DNA of 64,000 bases from assembly GCA_965178125.1 (NCBI GenBank), contig OZ237746.1, positions 496,001-560,000 of the forward strand, written 5' to 3'. Every line of letters starts with the position of its first letter. Position 1 is the stretch's first letter. The notes under the pieces were generated by a model. It ran no database searches. It had not been told where the DNA came from and saw nothing but the letters and a program-made list of their open reading frames with translations. The DNA comes from Bilabrum cf. latius (taxonomy: Eukaryota). The position numbers and the translations under genes were made by a program. Below, in pieces: positions 13,801 through 24,500 of this stretch.

Positions 13801-15272
13801 GGGTCAGTCTCGTGCGGCCAGTACTGTCCACACCGTCGCTGATTATGTGCTGGACAGGCCTTGTAGTCTTTTCGCTGTCCCTCACGCTCTCGTTCGTACT
13901 GCACCCGAGCAGTGCATGGGGCGGCGGTATGTTAATTTTTCCCGTTATTTTCATTTCGTATCCCTTCACATTTGCGGTCCTGCTTTTTCCATCAGGATGT
14001 GCTTTGGGAGGTGCATTATGCAGCTGCAAGCATGATGGATCGAGATACAGCGAAGCAGTGCGAGAATTGGATGATGCCAGTCACAGTCTTCTGTTGCAAC
14101 TAGGCTCGCGCACTCGACAGTCTCACAGCCTGGTTGGCTAGAGTATGGATCGTTCTACTGCACTAGGCTCTGCCAGCAAAATGCATCCACAGCTCGATGT
14201 GAACGAGCTCGAGCCCGGCCTGCGGGCTGATGTACAGTACGCTGTCATCCGCTGCAGTCGTCCTGGCCAGCGCCAAACCGCCTAGCCACAGGTATTCCCT
14301 ACCAGCGACAACTTGCAGCAAAATAGACTTGTATGGACACCTTCACACGTTGCAGAATCGTGCCGAGTGCTCCGCAGAGCCGCTGAGCAGCCTCCAGCGC
14401 TTGCTGAACATGGCAAGAGTCAGCTCGATACGGGCATCAAGCAAGCATCGAATGATGCACTCAAGCGCGCGAGCAATTAGCTGCGCCTCTTTGACAAGGC
14501 TAGTGTCTTTGCGCTTAGGCAAGCCAGTCTGGCCACCCGGGAATACGTCAATACATTCGCAGCCGAGCCATGCACAGCCAACTTGGTCGCATCGATCATC
14601 CTGCGTATGTACGTCTGCATCGAGATGCTGGCAATCAAGCTTAGATCAGAGCTGGGACCTTCCACAACAAACGCAATCAAGCCGCACCAACCAGATAACG
14701 ATTCGAATGGAGATGAAACCGATGATTCATCTGACCCGAAAGTCGCAGCGGTTGGACGCGTATCCGTACACGTATCAAGACATGCCGGCAACGGAAGCAC
14801 AGCAACAGCAGCAAGCATTGGCATTATCGTTGGCGGCAGTTCCAGGATGAAGCGAGAGTTGTTGCTGCAAATCGAGGTCGTGCTGGATGCACTAGTGGGC
14901 GCGTTTCTGGCATTGAATCGAGATCAATTCGAGACTGTCCGATTTGTGGACGAAAGATCTCGTATGCTCCAGCGAATTCGGGGGGAAATTGAGCTGCAGC
15001 AGCAGGGACAGCAGTTTGAGGATGCAATGAGCTGCAGTGGCGAGGGAACTGGGACTGCTATGAGAGCCGACAGGAGCAGTGGGGCTGGACCCCATTCTGT
15101 TGGTCACGGGGTGGGGAGCACGGCTACAGCTGCAGGTGCGAGCATACCATGCTCTGGTTTGGACGCGATGGAAGCTCTGCGAATGGCACGGTCGGCATGG
15201 AGCGGGCCTGCCTCTTGGCCACGAGCCAGTACCGATGCCCTTATCATGGCTACCTGGCGTGATAAAGGATAA
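10886..15272 (+). CDS. Uncharacterised ~1,424-aa protein with N-terminal F-box-like motif and Cys-rich multi-pass membrane region (paralog A)
   Basis: Exon 1 10886-10958, intron 10959-11070 (GTGAGAAC...CGCAG), exon 2 11071-15272. Exon 2 is open except for TAGs and ends in TAA. LIDAAAPFLDLTDLACLALVSK resembles an F-box. Several hydrophobic segments lie at about 12500-14020. It is colinear with paralog B. Confidence 0.75.
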
Positions 15273-15274
15273 TG

Positions 15275-15745
15275 TGGCTTGGAGCATCCAAGCACGAGAT
15301 CGGAGGCATGGTTCGGTGACTCATCAGAACAGCAGTCCTTTTGGAGAGTGGCTGGTGAGGCCAATTAGATCTCTGAGATTGAGGTTGCGCGTTGGGCGCA
15401 GCACGCGGTCGAGATGCAGGATCCGGAGGAGTGAGTGGCCAATTAGGCCAGTCCAGTGAGGTACGAGCAGGCATGGCGGCTGGGGGTGTGACGTCAGGGT
15501 GGGCGAGGGCGGAGTAGGGCGGGGTGAGGGTTCACCGCCAGGGTGGAGGATTAGTGAAGGGGATGATTGGTGGGGTCATTCGGTTGATACGGTGGATTGA
15601 ATGGAGGGGTGTGTGGGTGACGAATGACCCGGGTCAGGGATCGGATCACCCGACCACATGCGGATGAGGAAGTTGGGAGGTCACGATTAGAGCGGCAATC
15701 GGGTCGCGTGCTTTCTGGGCGCTGAGGGGCAGCGCTCGCCAGTTG
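15275..15745 (-). repeat. Dispersed non-coding repeat, copy 1 (inverted relative to copy 2 at 61309-61867)
   Basis: The reverse complement shares ordered blocks with 61309-61867: actggcgag, tcagcgccc, gattgccgctc, gtgacctcccaactt, tcgtcaccca, ttcaatcc.ccgtatcaacc, tcgtacctcact and acctcaatctcagaga. Confidence 0.85.
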
Positions 15746-16034
15746 GTTTTTGCCTGTGAGGTTGCTGTGTACAGTGCCACAGTGTGTGATCTCACGAGCC
15801 TATCTCCACAACGTTGCCCAATGATGAATTGTCAACTAGGTTGCTGAAGTTTAGGGCTATTCTCCAACCCCCGCAAGTTTCAAAGTTCTTGGATCTACTG
15901 GTAGGTAGTGAAAGTGGCCATAGCCTGCTTGCATGTTGCTCCGATCGTTGCATGCCGCGACGTAAATGAGGCATCTAAACACTTCGCTTCAACAAAATCC
16001 AAAATCAAGTCACAGAAACCACAGAAACTATCAA

Positions 16035-19000
16035 ATGGATGCGTCTGCAAAAACCCATGCGTGTATGCTGAACACTCGTCGGGGAGATGCAAAGTGTGGC
16101 TCCATTGATAATTGTATCGTGACGTCTCTCGAACGTGAGAACGCGGACCACCACTCGGTATATCATGGGCATGCTGATGATACCATATGTTTCATTCAAG
16201 TCTATCATGATTGATGTCCATACCGCAGAATCAATTGGTAAAGTTGCACCCTTCTTAGGCATTGCCGATGTGGCTCGGGTAGCCCTATCATCGAAACAGT
16301 TGTACTAGCGTTGTTCTAGGCCTGGGCTCATCATTCGAGCAGCGCGGCAGCAAACCCAATTGTTTAGCAAAACAATTGGTATCAATCTCCAGGGAAATCC
16401 CTGGCTGGATGCATTCAAAGCAGCATGCCATCTGTCTACTGCCGTGCACGCAAGCCAGCACCGCATGGACATGTCAGCAAAAACAATGTTGGCCATTCTG
16501 CGTGAGAATCGGGAGGTATGCGGTCTTGTTCGCGCGTTACACGAGTGGTCGCATGCAGGATATGCTATACTTGCTGGCAAGCCAGTCGAAAGCGGGCAAC
16601 AGTCATTGGCAGACGAGCTCATGTCGACCTGCCTGCTGGAATCAACAGCTCTTGCCATGTGCGCGGCGTCCGAGCTAGCCGCGAGTAGGTGGAACGCAGC
16701 AATGAAAATACAGCCAGTTCAGCCATGCCTCAGGCCCATGGGTCGTATACTGAGGCACCTGATCGCGCTGGGTGAATCAACTCTGCCCGTGCGATCACCA
16801 GGCATGCAATTCGAATACACCCTTGCTGTCAAAAGGCTATTTGGACAGCTAGAATACCGATGGGTAAAGGCACTGGATATTGAATGGAACACATTCTCTG
16901 ATGAGTTCGTAGTTGCAGCGGTGCCAGGGCTTCGAACCAAATAGCAACAGACGACTGGGGTTGTATTGGCCTCCTTCGAGTCGGCCCCAAACTCTGCACG
17001 CAATAGCGCTACCACATCTGTAAGCAGTGCTCAAGGCGGTATTTCCATTGCTCAAAGTAATCCATAGCCTGTTGGTGGTCCGACCGGCTTATTTGGGTCA
17101 CAGCAGTCTCATGTGACACGAACAGCAGCTCGCAGTGGTGCCGAAGTCGGCTTGAGTCTGCAGAGTGCATCCTTGGACGTGAATGCGCCCTCGGTACCAC
17201 GATCACGCCAATTAGATACAATGAAAGTGTTGAATCCTTTGAAATCAGTGGTTAAGCCCGAACATTGCCAAAAGGGAAGTCAAGGATCTCGCAGTACCAC
17301 CATAATGACGATGGGGTCGGGCTTGCATGCTGCGCGCTGGCTGCGCACCGCCATGGACTCTAGACTCAGCACTTTTTTCACCAGTGAGTTTAATCAGGCT
17401 CGGTTAAGCATGAAGGAAGAGCGACAAACCTCATCATCTCTTCGAGATAACATCCCTTCGTGCTACAGGTGGACACGATGTGGGCGATGGTGCTACTCGA
17501 CTTGCCCGACGAATGCCATGCAAGCTTTTGTGATCGATTGCTTACACATGTTCGTGTCAGCAGTATGTATTCTTAGTGGAATGATTTCACTTTGTTGGGA
17601 CATGGTGCCGCATGGCTGTGTTTAGCTCGCAATTCGCCACGAGGCAGGCGTGTCCGGCTTCGAGAATGTATCCGCGTATGTGGCCTCCAACACGACCCAG
17701 GCCATGGATACGCTTGTAGATACTCTCGAGTGGTGCGGGTCACAGCTCACGGATTTTGGAGGGCAACAAGATAATTTGTCCGTTATTGCTGCATACGATG
17801 AGGCCATGCAACCTCTCTCTGACCAGCAGCTAGCACTGGTGATGGTTGGCCCAGCACTCATTGCGATTATGTTGATTGGTACCGTAGTGTTGGACAGCTT
17901 TCTATGTTGTCTAGGATCTCGTAGGAATTGTACCGCGCGTACTGTGGCAATGTTGTGGTGCCCATGCAAGGCGTACACAGGACGATTGGCCACATTGGGC
18001 GAGGTAGCCAATGAATGGGTACCAGAGATTAAAGACCCTGTTTGGATGACGTTGCCCACCCAGTTTGATGCGTCTGGGACAATTCATTTGCATGAGCATG
18101 ACCAAAACGAGCTGGCAGATATGTCTAAGATCTCAGTTGTAGTCTACGTAGCTGCTCTGCTGTTCGGTTTGTGCGTCTGGCCTTGGCTTGTGCCGGCCTG
18201 GAACCATTTGACTCGGAGCACAATCGCGATATCCGATGTGTCGTTGGTACGTGAAAATGTCACAAATGTAAACGCTATACTAGCAACAGACTTGGATGGG
18301 CTGTGGCTTGCCGGTTAGTGTGCAGCGGCGGCTGGATTATCCGTGCTGGCTGGTGTGGCTTGCGCGATGGCATTCCAGGTGCTGCAGGTGCTCGCAGCAG
18401 ATGGCACATGCTGGCGATGTTGCTCCAGCAATTGCTCTGAGACCAGGTACGATATTATTCGCGGGCTGATCATGCAGAATATCCACGCCACTATCCTTGG
18501 TGTGCTTGGTTTCTTTTTCCTGGTTGCTGGCGGTCAAGTTGTCCAATGCTCCACTCGTCGAGACTGTGACTTGCTTGCTCTGACTGATAGAGTGCGCTGG
18601 ACACTGCAGGCGGGAAATTTCTTGGTGTTTTTGATATGTTTCACTCGGCTGGTTATCCATTTTTGCGTCGTGGAGGTCGTGAGCCGTACATGTGCGTGCT
18701 GCTGTTGGCGTGAGGTACCGTGCCTAAATTGTGTATCGCACAGGTATCGCCCTGGTGGTTATACCTGGGGCTTCATCATGAAGCCTCTGTTATCAATGCC
18801 ATCATCAATTTCATGCTTGGTGATGGCTATCACTATTGGAATTTCTATCGTGCTTTCGTTCGCACTGGATCCGAGCAACCCGCTGGGAAGCGTCATGATC
18901 TAGATTAAAATTGCAGTCGTGATGGTAGGATGCCTAGCTACAATTGCTGGAGTAATTGTGCCATTTTGGTTGACTATAGCCGTTGCAGCGTGTAACTGCA

Positions 19001-20148
19001 AGCATGATGGATCAAGGTACAGTGATTCTGTGACACGACAAGATAATTCTTGTCGGGCGGTAGTGATCCAAGCAGGGTTCGGGTCTACGCAGTCTCGCGG
19101 GCTGGCATTAGTCGCAATGAATGGGATGTGCCATAAGGTAGATATGTGCATGCTTGACAGCCGGCTTCAGACTGACATATAGTACGCATGCACACGCCTT
19201 CGTAGAAGGGGGCTTCTTCTATCCCAGCCACGTGCGGGCTAGGTCGCTGCCCTTGAGCCGCAGTTGAGGGCAGTCGAATGGACACCATTTCATATCGCTC
19301 AAGCATGTCATGTGCTTCAGAAGACAGCTAAGCAGCACACGGCAGTTCCCGCCTCCAAATCGATTCACGTGGGCGCAAACATCCGGATGCACGAGCCCAC
19401 GGACCAAGACAATGTACAGGCGCGAGATTCGCTGCGAAGGCTATACTTTGCAAGTGTGCGGGCACTTAAGCAAGCCAGCCGGGCTACTCGACTGCATTTC
19501 AAATCTCTTGAACGTAGGTCTGACCGGAAAGGACAGATTCGCTCCTACATTCTTCGGACATTCGTCTGCATCGAGGTGCTCGCAATCAAGCTAAGGTCAG
19601 AGCTGGGGCCTCTCGCAGATACCGTGCTGCACCAACGCGGCGATGTCGGCGCGGAGCGGCATAGCTCGATGTTCTCAGAGGAGACCGACAATATGGCTTC
19701 GTCTGTATTGAATGACACTGCGTCATGTAGCAGAGCAGCAAGGTTCGGAATCCAATTGGACAGCAGGGTGAAGCCAGAGCTGCTGCAGCAAGTTGAGGCC
19801 GTGCTGGACATACTTGTTGGTGCTTTTGAGGCACTGAATGCGGAAAAATTACAAGGCTTTTTGCTTTTTTACGAACGAGGTTTTGAGCGTCGGCGCCTCT
19901 TGCAGGAGATCGAGCAGCGGCATTACTAGAGGTCCTCAGACGCATCTGGATGCTCTCAGAATGGGACATCCGGATGCGCCACTGCCTGTCCACGAAACAT
20001 GAACTCCACGAAGGATGGTACGCCATGCTCTGGTCTGGACGCGATGCAAGCTCTGCGAATGGCACGATAGGCATGGAGCGGGCCTGCCTCTTGGCCGCGT
20101 GCCAGTACCAATGCCCTTGTCATGGCTACAGGGCGCGAAAATGGCTGA
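16035..20148 (+). CDS. Uncharacterised ~1,339-aa F-box-like/multi-pass membrane protein (paralog B)
   Basis: Exon 1 16035-16134, intron 16135-16228 (GTGAGAAC...CGCAG, same phase as in paralog A), exon 2 16229-20148. Exon 2 is open except for TAGs and ends in TGA. Motifs shared with A: PW.DAFKAA.HL.T, RALHEW.HAGY, CGRWCY.TCPTN, LATDLDGLWLAG, CKHDGSRYS, CIE.LAIKLRSELGP and AWSGPASWPRAST. Confidence 0.75.
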
Positions 20149-21568
20149 CGAGGTATGGCCGATACACGGTATGATCTTGTAATTGTATGTACTCGGACAT
20201 CGGGATTGAAGCGACTGGGAGAAGATATGAGCAGGAAGACAAGGCGGGCACAGGCGGACAGGAGATAGTGAGGAACAGGAGGGGGACACAGGCACAGGCG
20301 ACGATAGTGCGGTGTCAATAGGGAGAACACAACGGGAGGAAGGGGGCTCCAGGTGCTAGGCGCAAGGGAGACGCGAGTGGCAGTGAGCTGCATGGCCAGC
20401 AGCGCGCAGAGGGCCATGAGGCGGGTGGATAGACGGGGCGCATGGCAGGTCGGCCAGGACCTGCCCGTGCAAGCTGTGAGCATAGGGCCAAGGTGACGAT
20501 GCAGGGAGCAGCGCACACGGTCCTAGGGCGGGCTACAGGAACAGGAAGCCATGTAGCAACGGGGCCAGCCGACGACGTGCGGCGGAAAGCGGTGTGCGTA
20601 GTGCGCACTGCACAGTGTACATTTGTAGTATCAAAGGAATACCGCATTCGGGTGGTGTGAGGCCCAATTGGTGTTAACAGTTGGTCCGCGGGACCGGCGG
20701 CAGGAATTTTTGGTCTAGTTTTAACCTAACCTTAAAGATAGATCCGGATGTGAGTTCCAGCGGAATAGACGGTGTCCTAACATAAGGCAAATAAGTAATC
20801 TATTCACATCATGAGCCCGCGCTTGTCTTGTGCCTGAAGCAAAGGATCCGACTCCTTCTTGCTGCTCTTACGCGAATAAATAAGTATCTCATCTGTTGAT
20901 CAGATCAACGTACTACTTAGTAAGTCTCCGAATCCCGGATTCTTGTCGGTCGCAACCACGCCTATGAACAACTCCGCCATCCTCATCCCGGGTCGTGTAG
21001 GATCTCCTCCCTTCGATCCAACTTGAATGGACATCAGCCCACCGCCAGGGGGCTGCCGTAGATCTCCGGGTAGCCTACCTGACTACCCCACCCAAACCGG
21101 AGCATTCGGCACTCCTTTTATCTAGATCTACTTAATCTCCGTTTATGCTGCCAGTGCATCGCCGTTCATCATAGACTTGTTGCGTTCGTAGCCGTGGCAC
21201 CTGTTAAGCTGGTTCCAATTCATGGTAAAAGTTTCGTTCGATGTTTGATTGAAGAGCGACATCAAGAATCTAAATATAGGATTTTAGATGTGAGAGCCAG
21301 CAACATCAGAGCTTCCAGGGCAGGCACGATCCAAAGGATCTAGACATAGCTCCGCCTGATATGGAGATGCGTGTGCGTTCCGAGGGCGCTCCAGCCAACG
21401 TTGCACATGTTGACGACGAATATGATAATGCAGCAGCGACTGCCATGGCGAGTCGGTGTGCAGCAAGCGCGCACGCGGCGGCGCATGCACCCCGCATGGT
21501 TCGACGAGATCAATTCACACCGCACTACGGCGGACAATCCGTCAGCAGGGTTCACCTTGAGCCACTTG

Positions 21569-24500
21569 TCACCCTCTCACCCCGGCGGCCTTCAGCGCGG
21601 CATGCACCGCGGTCGAGAACGCCGCCTCACCGAGCCCTGCTCGCACCAATACTCCACCAGATACAGTTTGCAGGCCGATGGGCCACCTCTGCTGAAGCGA
21701 TCGACAAGTCGAAATGCCGTGCTTGCCGCCGGCTTCCGGCAGAGCTGACGTGCTGTGCTGCCGTCCCGGCGACGAGCCTCTGACTCCGACGGATTGTGCT
21801 GGGATGCCAGCACCCGCCGGTCCACGTCTAGTTCTCTACATGATGGACTTCGTTGCCGCTTTGACCACGCTCTTTACTTGTTCACGGGTCAGGTTCCCAG
21901 CACTATAGGCTGGCTCTACGCACTGCCTCACTGCGTGCAGCACTTGGCTTTGATGTAAGCCAGTCCCAGCTGAGCCGCTTGCCGAGGCCCCGCGTGGGAG
22001 TTTTGTCACCCTCGTTCCTGTGAGTTCCGGACCGGAACGACTGGCACGTGCGGCACTATCGCTTCCTGTCGAGCTGTTGTCTATGCGCTGGCTCGACAAT
22101 GTTGGTGCTGCTTCAAGCTTGGGTCCATGGGACGGTGCGACACGCTGAGACGGCTGCCCTCCTGCCAGTGGGAGCGACACGCTGAGGCTGAAGTCATCGT
22201 CATCTTCATCTTCATCCTCGTCCTCCTTCCCCTGATCGCCGCTGGAGGTGCCTCCGCCGCCAGAACCAGCCAAACCACGAGCCACCCCGCTACGCCCAGC
22301 TAACCTATCGCCTGACACAGGGCCATCCCCTGAGGCTCGTGCCGTCTGAGGGAGCAGTGGGCGTTGGGGGCTCCTCAAGGCATTACCGGCAGGCGAGGGC
22401 GCAGTGGCACTGGTGTTTCTGCTCGCACCTGCGATCGCGCTGATAATGGCTCGTTGCCGCGCTGCGGCTGAGCCGGCGCTGCTGTTTCTTCGGGGCAGTT
22501 CCGATGACATGTTAGGCGCGGTGGATAATGCAGCTCGCGGCCGTATCGACTAGACGGCTGGCTACTGCTTCTGCTGCTACCGCCTCAAGATTCCAAGCAG
22601 GTCAAACGAGCCCCCTGGCTGCGATGATGAGGAGGACGAAGGTCCCGACCTAGCGGATTGCTGTGCCACGCGCTGCGCGTGAAGCCGCCTGGTGATCTCG
22701 TCGGCTCTACGCCGTTGTCTCTCCTGCTGGGCCCGCATGGCAGCTTGTCGGTACATCCGGTCTGCTTCCCTGTTCGCGAGCTCCATGGCATTTCCTGAGT
22801 GCCCCCCACTGGCCGCTGCTGTTGATGAGCTCGATCGGACGGCGGTCCTTCTTGCCCGGGTATTCCCAGCCGAAGATGCTAGTGCACTATCGTACGCTTG
22901 CAGTGCTGCTGCTTCTCCAGCGTGAAACAAATTGCCGCTCGACCTGGAGCCCGCGATTGCGCTGCGGCCACGTCCATGGGTTCTCATGATAGGAGCGGAC
23001 TCGCCCTCTGAGTCAGATGAGTCAACCTCGAGATGACCCACGATAGCCCCACCATTGCCTGGCCTGAAGCCATCACGGCTAGCAATACCACCTGAAGCAG
23101 ATCCTGCGCTGCCAGCAGATGCGTCTGCGCTGCCATTTTGCGTGGCTGCCCGCATCGACCTAGGCAAGTAGGGCAACTCGTTTTGACGCCCGCGTGCACG
23201 GGCTGCCGCCGCCAGGCTCTCCATGACCACAGCGCGGCCGCGAGCAGCCGTCCGTGCCGCCCCTCGCCTGCCACTGCCTCGGCCAGTTGACGCATGGCTC
23301 CCGTCTCCCACGCGCCGTCCACCCCCCACCCATGACCCAGCCGCGCCCTGCCCAGATAGCCGATTAGACCTACGCAGTGCCCTCGCCTGTCTTGCGCGCA
23401 GCCTCATCAGGCTGGACTACACCACACCCTGCTTGTTGCGCCGCAGGCCTGCATTCCTTCCTGTTGATGCCTGATAATGGGATCCGCGCATGAGCGCCCC
23501 ACCAGAATCGCTGCTGCTGCTACTGCTGTCATCCTCATCTACTTTGTCTTCCTGATCAGTGCCGCCGATGAGCTCTTCCTCCTCGGAGCTAGTCGTCCCC
23601 CCGTCCCACTCGACCCCCCTGCTCGCCTACCGCCTGCGGTTCCTGCTGCGCCGCTCCCTCCTCTCTCTCGACTGCACGCAGGCGCGGCAATGCCATTCGC
23701 CCTCGGGGACGCCTGGCAAGCCTTCGCAGAACGTGTGTGCTGCGCGCCCGCAGTGCCCGTCACAGAGCAGCAGCACATCACCGTGGTCATCCCGGCCGCA
23801 GTGCATGCAACCAGCCTCAAGCTCCGCCGTGGTGTATCCATTGTTAGCAGGCACCAGCACGCCCTCCTGAGTCCTCACCAGCTCCATGCCACCTGCGATC
23901 GCCTGGTCCACATCACCCGCATTCCACCAAGTCGTGTCTAGCCCTGCCGCGACAATCACACCGCCCTGCTGCTCCTGCAGCTGCCTAGCAGCCGCTGCGT
24001 CCTCCTCCAAATCCGGCTGCGTGGCCATCTGTCGCTGCACGACCTTCGTGGCCTCTCCGATTGGGCTGCCGTCTGGGCTGCAGCGCTGCACGGAATGTAC
24101 CTTCGCCTTGCACAGGGGACACGTGTTGGTCGCCTGATTGACCCACCGCGCCAGACAGTCGTAGTGGAAGACGTGTGTGCATGCATCGGGCTTGCCGCCC
24201 TATGTGCCGGTGATGGGACACATGCACACCACGCACTCGGCCTCGCCCTATCTCGCTTCCTGACTTTCAATCGCCTTTGCAGTACGATTGCCGCTGCCTG
24301 CGGGCGCCTCTGAGGTGGCCACCGTCGCTGCCTCTGCCTAGTCAGCTGTGCCGCTTGACCCGCTGGAGCTCACCTCCGGAATGACCCTGAGACCCGGTGC
24401 GGAGTTGCCACGGCGCGACCCGGAGCCAGAAAGAGCCACCAGGGAACTGGTCGCGGCGGCTAGCGCGGCTCGCTGCTCCGCGGGCATGGCCTCTATCCTC

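Noticed and set aside
13017-18318. TAG = Trp (two TAG/TGG alignments between the paralogs)
   Set aside because: Outweighed by poly-Q context, TAG/CAG swaps, the LDH NQG site and the abundance of TAG in disordered regions where Trp is rare.
20719-20733. Telomere-like TAACCTAACC
   Set aside because: Only two units, which is compatible with chance.
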